Shown: positions 50,801-62,738 of the stretch, piece by piece
How the letters are laid out: each line of letters starts with the position of its first letter
How positions within the stretch are numbered: position 1 is the stretch's first letter
Source: Lingula anatina
Lineage: Eukaryota > Animalia > Brachiopoda
Assembly: GCA_051362555.1 (NCBI GenBank)
Contig: CM120645.1
Location: forward strand, 20,956,001 to 21,020,000
Length of the DNA: 64,000 nucleotides
Direction: 5' to 3'
The notes under the pieces: generated by a model
The model's input: the letters and a program-made list of their open reading frames with translations, nothing else
Databases searched by the model: none
What the model was told of the DNA's origin: nothing
Program-made: the position numbers and the translations under genes

Positions 50801-52829
50801 AAGAAAAGGCGATGGAGATCATCAGGCAGAGGTCGTGGCAGAGGACCAGTCCCAGAAGGAAATGGAGAATCGAAAAGTGGAATCTGTCTCATTGTCCTGG
50901 GATTGCATATTCACAGAGTATAGCCAGTCTCTTACATACATGAGCGATGGGGAGGAGGAAGAGGAAGATGAACAGGTAAATAACCAAAGAAAATATAGTA
51001 AAAATGGTTGCCATGGTGACCAAGAGGAGACCTTATTGGTCAATGGCATCACCTCGGAAGAGAAAGGGAACAACACGCAGACTAATTCAGAAATGCATAT
51101 TGAGAGCAGTTCAGGCAATGTCATGGTTTCTCCTCCTGATTTTCCCTCAAGTGGAAAATCAGTTCTGGCCAGTAAAAACACAATGCCACTATCAAATGCT
51201 GCTGACAGTATAATCCATAGCAGCAAGGAACAGTTGGATTTGGAAAATGATGTTGTTATTGATGCTGCTGCTGAAAGTTCTTGTAAAAATACAGTGGATG
51301 ACGATATATTAAACACTAGTTGTCCAACTGACAGTGATGTTACCATCTCCCCCCATTGTTCTCAGCAAAGTATCGAAGGAAGAAAAAATAAATCCATTAC
51401 TGACGGCGATGCCACTGTAACACCACAGTGCTCACAAGACACTTGCCTAAATGGAGTAGAAGGGACGACAAGCACGGCTACCTCAAATGTGACTAGCAAA
51501 AAGCAAAGAGAGATGAACTCTGAAAAGAATAATGGTGAGAATTCTGATCTCCATAAGGGCTTGGCTACACCAGATGATAAAAATAAGGATTGTGATTCTG
51601 AAAGTGATAAGTCTGTTAATACTCCAGAGGAGAATAATGATGACATCATATTGTTGGATGATGTTGCTGGGAGTGCTAGGGCAGGTTTTTCACGCTACCC
51701 TTTTCAGCAACGATTCAGGGACGAGAGTATGGCTGGATCGAACACTGCCAATCTGAATCCATGTGACATGACTGTTGGCGCATTTTTTGCTATGAGGAGC
51801 AGGCAAAAACGACTGGAAAGACTTTTAGAAATTGAGAAGAAACGGCCCCACCTAACAGCAGCACTTACCAACAACACAACCCTAGATGGCAGCATTTATG
51901 CAAGACAAGGTAATCCTACAGCCACAACAACTCTGAGGAGAGGGAATGCCCCTAGTGAAGATGATGTTATTGACCTTACTGATGAAATGCCTCTTGAAAC
52001 TGGAACTACAGTCCGTGAGCTTCTTAGTGATAGCGACGACAATCTAAGCAGTTGCTATGACAGTGAGGAAATCTTCAGCGACGATTCAGATAGCAGTGAT
52101 CATCTGATCAAAGTCGGCCATGTGCCAAATATACTAAGAGGTTCCAGTAGGGTTAGAGGCATTGGGAGACCTGTCCCCTTTCAGTCCTTTCCTCGTGTAC
52201 CCTTTCCCAAGCCCCCAAGACCAAGGGCCATTTACCAGTCAGACGAGGTTATTGTTCTGGGGAGCAGCGATGAAGAGGAGGAAGAGGAGAAAAAAATGTC
52301 TGAATCTGTCACCGACAGTGCTAACCCACAAAGAGATCATAATGACCAAGAATTAACTAATAGATTTGATATTGTGGTGACTGATTCTGAGGAGAAACAA
52401 TCAGCAGGAGTTGCTGGTGACCCTGATTCTAAATCTTCTGCGTCTGCTTTACACGCCACCGCTGACAAAAACTTTTCTTTAACCAATCTAAATATGGAAA
52501 CTTCATTCAAAGATTCAGTTGCAGATTTGTCACAGGACGTTTGTTCTGTAACAGAAAAATGTCACGCCAGTGATGATGGGAATAGTGTTTTGACAAAAGA
52601 TAGAGGATGTAAACAAACAGCAGACAGTCCAGATCAAGGGCAACAACCTTCAACTGGTGCATCAGCTTCAGCCACAGACTCGGAGGAAGGGTCTTTCATT
52701 GTTGAAAAAACACCTGAAACCAAAAAACCGAACTCGCAGGAGATTTTGAAACTTCAAGAGGACATAGCTGGTGGGAAGATGGATGACATGTTCTCTGCAG
52801 TGAAGAAGAGATGTGATGACGGTCCATAG
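41282..52829 (+). CDS. DCLRE1C: Artemis (SNM1C) metallo-beta-lactamase/beta-CASP nuclease (about 1166 aa, 10 exons)
   Basis: Exons: 41282-41390, 43841-43892, 44193-44283, 44537-44649, 44976-45077, 45514-45727, 46230-46337, 48954-49208, 49593-49719, 50500-52829; phases consistent, 3501 nt. [75 protein letters not shown] and YKPLG match recalled Artemis motifs. Confidence 0.95.
44803..44860. repeat. (GA)n microsatellite
   Basis: Directly visible. Confidence 0.95.
46008..46235 (+). repeat. About 29-bp minisatellite derived from the Artemis exon-7 acceptor
   Basis: Units tattaccagattcacattacatgttattt resemble the true junction tatttacag|attcat at 46229/46230. Confidence 0.85.
46344..48455 (+). 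mobile_element. 5'-truncated L2/CR1-group LINE in Artemis intron 7, sense orientation
   Basis: RT ORF followed by an AT-rich 3' UTR, AATAAA at 48433 and an (ATT)n tail; no APE endonuclease domain; possible short AGA duplication at the ends. Confidence 0.92.
46412..48199 (+). CDS. LINE ORF2 fragment: reverse transcriptase domain plus L2-type C-terminus (595 aa)
   Basis: [78 protein letters not shown]. Confidence 0.92.
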   Translation: MDQISESKSSQLNVLPDMEISELPQLFSNYFTDKIKSIRNDLVSYSSVEISETPVTCTHAVLTEFSPVSEEDVLTLMKSMNSKSSAALDPVPTHIIEECITVLAPVFLKIVNLSFTTGIFPSNCKTATVRPLLKKQGLCKQVFKNYRPISNLPFLGKFLEKMACIQLNNYLAQNSLYGKFQSAYREGHSTETALLRVHNDIMLSLDKQKDVILVLLDLSAAFDTIDHNILLHRLQYRFGVKDLALNWLTSYLKDRTQKVSIESLLSEPTILEYGVPQGSVLGPLLFSLYMLPIEDIIVKHGLNTVIFDDDTQIYVTSESNRSMAITSIETCLVEIQNWMKTNMLALNDGKTELIWFTSRSKSDSGNAMKSDICISGVNINPSSYVKDLGVTFDQYATMDRRISEICKSASYSLWQISKIRDLLDKTSTEKLIHAFITSKLDYCNSLLYGLGKNHLNKLQLIQNSAARLVTKMGWNSREHITPVLMELHWLPVRERILFKILCVIFKAVTENKPLYISELMKQHQHGRVTRSSTFSHLLLEHSVLEKKAGKFYGERAFMIYAPKVWNTLPSEIRAAGDIDTFKKLLKTHIFRIAYQ

Positions 52830-54003
52830 AATGGTGTGACCATTGAAAATTAATAAGAGTGTGCGTGCGTGAAGTTTGCTGTTCTACCATTTTTTTTGTT
52901 TAAATGCACTAAATAGGTTTATGTATTTGCCGTACTTGAAACTAAATAATGAATGAGTTTTTGTATAATAATTAGTACTATGGAATGATTATATTGATGT
53001 ATAATTAAATAATCAAGAATCTTTGATATGTGAAATATCTGCTAATTTGTAAATAGTTATCTTTTTATTTATCACCATGATTTATTGATAATTATTAAAG
53101 TTCATTTGTAATTTATACTATCATTTATTTACTGATTTATTATTATTATCATTTTGTAACATATTTAATTTAGTTTTGTTTTTGCTGTAAGTAACTCAAT
53201 ATATTTTTACATTTGGTGAAGTACATTTTGTTGATTACTATGTAATTGGCAATGTATGTATGTAAAAAAAAATAAATAAAATAAGCTGTAGCCTGTTTTA
53301 GAATTCAGGCAAAATTGAATGAATTTTAAACATTGGTTTAAACATTGGTTTACATGGTAATGCATAAACATTTTTATTTGAATTGTAACATTTATTTTCT
53401 ATAATTTTCTAAAATAAGAATACTTACTGAGTTTATCAGGTGCTAAGCAGATAGAATTGAGTAAGATAAAGATAAATTAAGACAATTCACATATGTTAAT
53501 TACATATTGGAATATGTTCTTCAGTTTGTTAATAATATAAGAACATAAGGTTTTAATCCTCCTTAACTAATATTATGATGCAAGATAGTATCTCAATGCT
53601 TATTATTTTGTGACAAAAGAAAATTTGTAATCTAATATTAAAAATATAGAAGCAGTAAATATGTACTAGTACATTATTCTCTTTGCATGTGCCATATAAG
53701 AAAAATTGTTCAGTCATTTGAATTTTATAACCTTATATGCAGCCAATTGATTTGATTAAGCTTTAGGATGTGAAAAACTATAAATCATTGAGTTATTAAT
53801 ATTTAGACTTTTAAATTATTGTTATATTATATTGAGTAGCTGGAATGTTAATAATATGTATATATTTTGGTTTTAAATTTGTACATAATTATTGGAACAA
53901 GTGGGTTTTATTTGAATTCTTGAATTATTGTATTTTGATAAAAGATTGTTCTCTTCATGTGCATACAGTAGACCTTGCACGTATATAGTAAATTGGGAGT
54001 GGC

Positions 54004-54006
54004 TAT

Positions 54007-54041
<35 letters not shown>

Positions 54042-54042
54042 T
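54004..54042. repeat. (ATTT)n microsatellite
   Basis: Directly visible. Confidence 0.95.
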
Positions 54043-54122
54043 AAGATTCCCATTATAGGTGTATTGCATTCTCTGTATTGTCCTTAGGCTCAGCTGGGAA
54101 TTTGGTATTCAGTCTGGTATAC

Positions 54123-54270
54123 CCAAGTGCCCTCTATATTTGAGGCTGCCAAGGGTGCCCACTATATGTGAGGCTGCCAAGGGTGCCCTCCATATGTGAG
54201 GCAGCCAAGGGTGCCCTCTATATGTGAGGCTGCCAAGGGTGCCATCTATATGTGAGGCTGCCAAGGGTGA
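54123..54270. repeat. About 28-bp minisatellite (about 5 copies)
   Basis: gtgaggctgccaagggtgccctctatat repeated. Confidence 0.9.
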
Positions 54271-54659
54271 GGTCTGCTGTACTTTTGACTCTGACAATTT
54301 TAAAATTGAATTGACATATTACAGAGTAGATTTTATTCAGTGTAATGTTGGAATATCTTTCAAGGCAGTAAGACCTATGATTTTCTAAGAGCTTTGGAAC
54401 TTTTTTTTTTTTAATATAACTTCAACAATGTCCTTTTATTCTCAGGGAAAATACATAAAAAATGATTCAAAAGTGCAGCAAAATGCAATACCTGAATGGT
54501 ACTTTATACACATGTATGTATATACGCCAAATTTTACTGCATTTGGGGTTAGGGAAGAGAAATAAGTACCCCCTTTCACAAAGTCTTGACATTCTGGATA
54601 AATACAGTTTTTTTTCAAATATTCTCTTGCCTGATTATGTTGTGTCTCATTAGGCTTAA

Positions 54660-54992
54660 AGGGATAATAACTCTTTGTTTCGACAAAAAAAAAAAAAATA
54701 ATTCTCCTGGAGTAAACAACAATTTTCCCATACTTACCAATGGTTAATGAATCCATGTTTACATTCAAAGTTAGTCCCTGGTTTTTTTCTAAAAAATTTG
54801 GATTCTTGTTAAAATCTCTTAACAGAGTATAGCCATCAATGGAGGTCACGTGGTCTAAAGACAAGCTCAGATATCAGAATAATAGCTATAACTGCCGTTT
54901 TTGTGGTAAAACAGAATATATTATATTTCTATGAGTTATTCACAATGTTTTTATTGTGAAGTATAGATGCCATACGAAGAGTTATTATCCCT
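54660..54992. mobile_element. Kolobok-like non-autonomous element with TTAA TSD (sister of 26699-27033)
   Basis: TTAA|agggataataactct ... agagttattatccct|TTAA. Confidence 0.8.
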
Positions 54993-55472
54993 TTAACTAT
55001 GTTTTTTTTTTTTTCATAAATAATATTGATTCATATGGTGATATGGTGAAGTTATAACAGTAAAATATGAATTTAAGTACTTACACTTTTACAACTTGGC
55101 ATGAATGGGTTCTTTGATAATGGGTATGAGGTAGAAAAATGGGACTTCATGTTAGGACTTCTTAGGTTGGTTCTAATTTTTTATATCCCCTCTATCCTAA
55201 GTAGCGGGACATTCGTAAAAACGTCAGTGACGTTGATTGATGTTTGGACAGTTAAGACTTGTATTTTTTACCATACCCCAGTGAGATTTTTAAATTTTAC
55301 TATAACAAATTGAAAAGGTAATTAAAATAGCCACCGAAATGATTGTTAAGAATATGAAACTATGTCGTGGTCTAGATTTTATGGTAATAGGGTACGCATG
55401 AATAAAGTGTGTGGGGTTACAAAAATGCAAACTGTGAGATAATTCTAACTGGGCTTTTAAACATACATGTAG

Positions 55473-58400
55473 TTGTACCACCAGCGTTAGCGCTGGCGGT
55501 ACACATGGTTTCGGTCCCGTCCGGATCGTTCCGCCGGCTCCGCCGGACGGCTACCGTTACCGCTTCTCCTCCTAGACGGTAAGGGCCCCCGTACCCATCT
55601 CATGGATTTAGGTCACCTATAATCTCAACTCGTTCCACGTAAAATTTGGGCTTTGTCGGTATTGGGGTCTGGGTGTGGCACTCATTGCAATGCACCCTTG
55701 TCTAAAAATGGCAAAATTAAATGCTAATTATCTACCCTACGGAAGGAGTTATGGGAAAAATTTCTATAGACGGCTTTCCAAAAGTCATATGTGTAGATTT
55801 CAAATATACCCTTGGATTTGACCTTTGACCTTTACTTCAAGGTCAAATGGGCCAAAATTTTCAAAAAAATGAAATTTTTTACGAAAAAAATTTTTTTTGC
55901 CCTGTTATTCAGACACCACACAGACTTAACCAATAATATTATTGGAAGGTGTTACCCTTCAGGTCATCTTTCATCTACATGAATTTGGGGTCAATCGGTG
56001 CATTTTCACGGGAGTAGCAGCCATAAGATACCGAAACTGAAAACTGTCTCTAATTCGGGAACCGTTAATGCTAGAGACCCATTCTTTTTTGCATTTTGTA
56101 GAGCATGTAAAGCCCAACACTGGAGGTGGTCTCGGTTTTTTTGTATTCCATACGGTTTTCGAGTTACGCTGTATCAAAAAGTACATATTGGTGGTAAAAG
56201 CAAAATGTGCAGTACGGTAATGGATAATAAATTTTGAACTCTGGAAAAATAAAACATAAGGCTTGGCAAAGCAGACAACTTGTGTTCAAAAATGACATTA
56301 TTTCATCAAATTTGAACTTCTGAAACTTCAGAGCACCTCCTATTTCAAGAATTTTGACCAAAATGACATTTTCTTTATTTTAATTAATTTTTTCTGTACG
56401 AAATTTAAGGCACATTATGGTAACTCCAAAATTATAACATTTAGTCCCTTATATCTCCAAAACTGGCAGAGATAGGTCCATAGTTACTATTGAAGTTGAA
56501 TAGGAAGTCATATACTGGCAATCTTACTATGACCTTGAAAGTGACCTTTGACCTATTTTTCACCATGAACTGAACTTTGCAAATTTTTCTTCCCTTTTAT
56601 CTCCAAAACTGGCAGATATAGGTCCATAGTTACTATTGAACTTGAATAGGAAGTCATACACTGGCAATCTAAATGTGACCTTAAAATTGACCTTTGACCT
56701 ACTTTTCACCATAAACTGAATTTTGCAAAATTTGCTTCCCTTTTATCTCCAAAACTGGCAGAGATAGGTCCATAGTTACTATTGAACTTGAATAGGAAGT
56801 CATATACTGGCAATCAAAATGTGACCTTAAAATTGACCTTTGACCTACTTTACACCATGAACTGAATTTTGCAAATTTTGCTTTCCTTTTATCTCCAAAA
56901 CTGGCTGAGATAGGTCCGTAGTTACTATTGAACTTGAATAGGAAGTCATATACTGGCAATCTAAATGTGACCTTAAAATTGACATTTGACCTACTTTTCA
57001 CCATAAACTGAATTTTGCAAAATTTGCTTCCCTTTTATCTCCATAACTGGCAGAGATAGGTCCATAGTTACTATTGAACTTGAATAGGAAGTCATACACT
57101 GGCAATCTTAATGTGACCTTTAAATTGACCTTTGACCTACTTTACACCATGAACTGAATTTTGCAAATTTTGCTTTCCTTTTATCTCCAAAACTGGCTGA
57201 GATAGGTCCGTAGTTACTATTGAACTTGAATAGGAAGTCATATACTGGCAATCTAAATGTGACCTTAAAATTGACCTTTGACCTACTTTACACCATGAAC
57301 TGAATTTTGCAAATTTTGCTTTCCTTTTATCTCCAAAACTGGCTGAGATAGGTCCGTAGTTACTATTGAACTTGAATAGGAAGTCATATACTGGCAATCT
57401 AAATGTGACCTCAAAATTGACCTTTGACCTACTTTTCACCATAAACTGAACTTTGCAAATTTTGCTTCCCTTTTATCTCCAAAACTGGCAGAGATAGGTC
57501 CATAGTTACTATTGAACTTGAATAGGAAGTCATATACTGGCAATCTAAATGTGACCTTGAAATTGACCTTTAACCTACTTTTCACCATGAACTGAACTTT
57601 GCACATTTTGCTTTCCTTTTATCTCCAAAACTGGCAGAGATAGGTCCATAGTTACTATTGAACTTGAATAGGAAGTCATATACTGGCAATCAAAATGTGA
57701 CCTTAAAATTGACCTTTGACCTACTTTACACCATGAACTGAATTTTGCAAATTTTGCTTTCCTTTTATCTCCAAAACTGGCTGAGATAGGTCCGTAGTTA
57801 CTATTGAACTTGAATAGGAAGTCATATACTGGCAATCTAAATGTGACCTTAAAATTGACATTTGACCTACTTTTCACCATAAACTGAATTTTGCAAAATT
57901 TGCTTCCCTTTTATCTCCATAACTGGCAGAGATAGGTCCATAGTTACTATTGAACTTGAATAGGAAGTCATACACTGGCAATCTTAATGTGACCTTTAAA
58001 TTGACCTTTGACCTACTTTACACCATGAACTGAATTTTGCAAATTTTGCTTTCCTTTTATCTCCAAAACTGGCTGAGATAGGTCCGTAGTTACTATTGAA
58101 CTTGAATAGGAAGTCATATACTGGCAATCTAAATGTGACCTTAAAATTGACCTTTGACCTACTTTACACCATGAACTGAATTTTGCAAATTTTGCTTTCC
58201 TTTTATCTCCAAAACTGGCTGAGATAGGTCCGTAGTTACTATTGAACTTGAATAGGAAGTCATATACTGGCAATCTAAATGTGACCTCAAAATTGACCTT
58301 TGACCTACTTTTCACCATAAACTGAACTTTGCAAATTTTGCTTCCCTTTTATCTCCAAAACTGGCAGAGATAGGTCCATAGTTACTATTGAACTTGAATA

Positions 58401-59096
58401 GGAAGTCATATACTGGCAATCTAAATGTGACCTTGAAATTGACCTTTAACCTACTTTTCACCATGAACTGAACTTTGCACATTTTGCTTTCCTTTTATCT
58501 CCAAAACTGGCAGAGATAGGTCCATAGTTACTATTGAACTTGAATAGGAAGTCATATACTGGCATTATAAATGTGACATTAAAATTGACCTTTGTCCTAC
58601 TTTTCACCATAAACTGAACTTTGCAAATTTTGCTTCCCTTTAATCTCCAAAACTGGCAGAGATAGGTCCATAGTTACTATTGAACTTGAATAGAAAGTCA
58701 TATACTGGCAATCTAAATGTGACCTTGAAATTGACCTTTGACCTACTTTTTATCATGAACTGAACTCTGCTTATTTCTTTCTCTTTTAACTTCAAACTTG
58801 ACAGAGATAGGTCCATAGTTACTCTTGAACTTGAATAGGAAGTCATATACTGGCAATTTACTGTGACCTTGAAATTGACCCTTGACCTACCTTACGAAGA
58901 ACTTAAATTTGATTGTACCATATATATTTTTTGCAATAGTTTAAAAATTCTTGTTGATTGCATTTTTACAGCTTGTGGAGCACAAAACTGGTGGCTGTGT
59001 CCCTTATTTTGTGTATGTGGGGGTCTATACGAATGCGCTTGCTCCAGCTGGTGGTACAATATTCGGAGGCGGTATCGCCTCTCTGATCCTCTAGTT
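55473..59096 (-). mobile_element. Helentron-like family A element, long copy carrying a satellite array
   Basis: Termini and about 750 bp of body are reverse complements of 36718-37970; subterminal inverted repeat ttgtaccaccagc; terminal hairpin; TT at both ends. Confidence 0.8.
56450..58892. repeat. 146-bp satellite array (about 17 monomers) with 876-bp higher-order repeat
   Basis: ctccaaaactggc at 56455, 56601, 56747 and onward; variant pattern recurs at 876 bp (track ORFs 57137 and 58013 are identical). Confidence 0.95.
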
Positions 59097-60575
59097 ATGA
59101 ATCTGTTTTTTTTTACAAGTTAGAACCCAAATATTCAGTTTATATTAACCAGCATCTTAGGGACAGGCAATATAATTTATCTGGTCAGTTACAATTATGT
59201 TATGAAGAATCCATGCAGTCATTCAACTGTTGCCATCGTAGTTGTTGTCTCGGCCATGGCGCATTCAGGAATAGCGCCGGGCGATATTGCTGCTTGACAG
59301 CCTTGTACATGTGGTCTAGCAATGATGGGCAATACTGCAGGTGTAACAGGATTGCAAGTCTTAGGAATGGAAGTGCTGGCTACCGGTAAGTGCACATTTC
59401 ATCGAGAAAGAATATTTCGAAACAAAAGGCTAGCTTAGATTTAGGCTTCATTACGAAGCTTTTAAGTTGGGTGACTTGTTATGTGCGTGACATGACTAAG
59501 TTCATGTGAACTTTATAGAAATTATTGTGGTTTTTAATCATTAAGATTACTGATGGGATTTAACTGTTTTTTTTTTATTCTTTATCTGTAAACATCCATT
59601 CACAGTTCAAGTTTTCAGCCGAATATAATGCTGTGTACTATTATACGTTTGATATACCTCTTCATAGTTTCAGTTATCAAATGAATAAAATGAATATATT
59701 TTGTGGAAAGTAAGTGGATCTTTTTAATTTTGTAATTTACCATTCGAAAATCACTTTCTAGGTCAACTTTGTTGAAAATATGTTATATAGTGTATTTGAA
59801 ATGGCCTGATTCAATCAAAATACAAAGAACACTATTTTCAATCCTGTTAGTCATTAGCACCTAAAGCGACGCTCTAATTTTTACTTTTTTTTTCATTTCA
59901 TTTAGTGTCAGCAACGTAAAATTCAGTAAAATCAACCGTTTAACTCCAGAAACAAGAAAAAGTATTTAGATCAGAACTTTTCTCAATCTGTAATTAAACG
60001 ATTTTTGACTTGTTTTCTGTAAATACAGTTCATATTGCGCCTCGAGCGGTATAACTGTAATTATACATTCGTTTATTTGTTTAAATTCATTTTGAAGTCT
60101 TAAAAAAAAATAACCACCTCAGTCAAAGTAAGAAAATTGGATCCATTCAATTTCAATGCTAATTAAAGTCAACTGTGTGCTTCCTTGTAGAAATACTAAT
60201 CAGCTCTTGACTTGCGCTACTTAACCATTTATATAAAACACGGATAACCTATCAGGAAGTAAGTCGATTCACGAAGTCCCGTCGAAATTACTTAGAGATG
60301 TCCACACGCGGAGTTTTTACGACTCTTAAGTTGTGCAATCATGTAAAAATCACATCATACCGACATGATTGATCACTATCCGTTTCTCCCACATTGACCA
60401 TTTTAAAACTTCTTCGTCTGTAATATCTACATTGGTTTGATAAATATGAAAACTGATACGTGAACTAACATTGAGCAACTGATCATTCTTATTCTAATTG
60501 ATGACAAATAACATTTAGTTATCAGAGGCAGATCCCGGATTATTTGAAGGAGGGTTCGCGGATGGGAAGTCGACC

Positions 60576-60610
<35 letters not shown>

Positions 60611-62427
60611 GGTGTGATTTTTTTTTCAGAAATCGACCCCCCCCCCCCCCCCCCCCCAAATTCTTTCACATGACTAAGGAAGAAATCCACGAGACAGTAC
60701 CGGTAATTTTCCAAGAGTTATGGCGAGTTTCCGCGTTCTATTATTTGACCTATTCCCCCGGTAAGGATAATTGCATATGACAGAATTTCGCTGAGTGCGT
60801 CAATTTGAGTGCTAAACGCCGATCTTAAGTATAATTCCTGTTGAATTGTGCCTTTACGGGTTTTGGTTTTAAAATTGTTAATGAGTTTGAAATAAAGGTT
60901 ATTTGCACCGCAAAGGGAGAAATACTAGTACAATTATGGTAGTGTTAATTGTATATTGAAGAGAAAAACAAGTTGGTTGACGCACAGGCTTTTATTGGAT
61001 TCACCTAAGATAAATGTGTATATAAAAGATTGGGATTGATACCTTAGGGGGAGATTGGGAGAGACGGAGCACGGAGGAGACATGATTTTGGAGAGCTAAG
61101 GCTTGGAGACTTAACTTAAAATATGAAGTCGACGAATTAATAGTTTAACTGGTCATTTTGTAGACTTGGGGTTTTCTTTGTGCGACCTTTCATAAATCTG
61201 ACACGAACAGTGGGATCTTCAGATTGCGTTATCTGCTAAATAAGTCGAACACGTAATGTCTCATTTCGAGCCCACGCTTGAATTAAGCATACTTAATTTA
61301 CATAAGTTTAGGACATTTATTTCATATGTATAAAAAGGTTCATAACATATTTGGCGACCTCTCCAGGACACGTACTGGACGTACTAACCGATGGATGTTT
61401 TCACTCAACAATCTCTCACTTACGCGCACTTACACAAGTAAACCTTGGTCTAAAACTCCACCACGTAAGTGCGTGCGACAGAAACCAAGTCAACCGCAAG
61501 GCTAAGTTAACGTAACGCCGCTATATTCAACAACTGACCCCGAGTCATTACAAGAAGTGGCTTTTACACATGTTTTACTTATTATTACAATCTTACACGG
61601 ATTTAATGACGCAAGTTTGCGCGCCGGTTGCGCGCCAAACTACATTAGTTAAAAAATACGTCCTTAACCTCGTCGGGATCACCTTGTGAACTCGGGTCGA
61701 TCTCGACATACCATTATTTCACCTAACAAAGTCTATTAAGCCAGACATTATATCCACATGTAGATTAGTGCGAAGGATGCAGAGCGCACGCTGAGTAGTA
61801 CACACGTACTCAGTGGTTCTTTGACAGACGACAACAAGGAAGTTAAATAAGTAGCTGTTGTCGGTTTACCCCCCAAGATGTTACAGCAAATATTTAAAGG
61901 TTGTGCTTTTAATAAAAAAATTAATATCGCATAACAATATAAAACATCCTTAAATCAAAAATAAATTTGCATGAAAATTTGAAACAACATTGAATGAAAA
62001 AAATTAATATTGCATGAAAATAAGAAACAGCATTGGCATGAAACCCAACTGCGGAAAATGAGTTAAAATTGGTATGCGCGTCATCGTCTGTGGAGAATTG
62101 AATTTAGACGGATTGTTTTAAATTTGGTGACAAATGACATGGACTGAAGTTAAGACGCGACAAAAGGCCCACGTGCACTGGTGCAGACGCGTTTGTGCGA
62201 ATGTGCATGCTCAAACGCATGAAGATGATTCCTGCAAACTGCTTGGAATTATCTGATTTATGACAATGCAACTAAGTAGCGTGAAATAAATGAAGGAGTG
62301 AAAGTTGGAAATTGTATGCCAGAAATGACACAACGGCATAATTTAGACAGCTAAGCTGGCAAACATACAGACACCAATCACTTATTCTCCCACATGCAGG
62401 GTACCAGCGAAAAACTGATACCTCTTA

Positions 62428-62707
62428 GGGGCCTTTCAGAATAGAAGATCCGCGTATTAACTGGTCCAGGGCTCAAATATGGCGGACCCTACATGAAAGG
62501 AAGACCGTTTAATCCTGTAATGGATTTGAAAGATATGACGATTTGGATGACGGATTTTCAGTGCATAGCCACGCCCGCGTATTTGGCGAGCTTAACAAAA
62601 TCATGCTCATGCCACTCCCTCGTATTTTATTACCTCATGGCGGCTATTTCTCGATTCATTTACTTGATTTTATTATATTGTAATGTAAAACCTTTCTGAA
62701 ACCCCCC
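62428..62707. mobile_element. Possible MITE
   Basis: ggggcctttcagaatag ... ctttctgaaacccccc imperfect inverted ends; TSD not preserved. Confidence 0.45.
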
Positions 62708-62738
62708 AAATTTGCTTCTTTTCAGTATTGTAATTTCA

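Noticed and set aside
50822-51649. Antisense ORFs over the last Artemis exon
   Set aside because: Shadow frames of a low-complexity coding exon.
56699-58318. Four 101-aa ORFs
   Set aside because: Artefacts of the 146-bp satellite; useful only as markers of periodicity.
59295-59297. In-frame TGA as selenocysteine
   Set aside because: No selenoprotein motif and no SECIS element identified.
60544-60780. Poly-Pro / poly-Gly ORFs
   Set aside because: Caused by poly-C tracts, whose length is also error-prone in sequencing.
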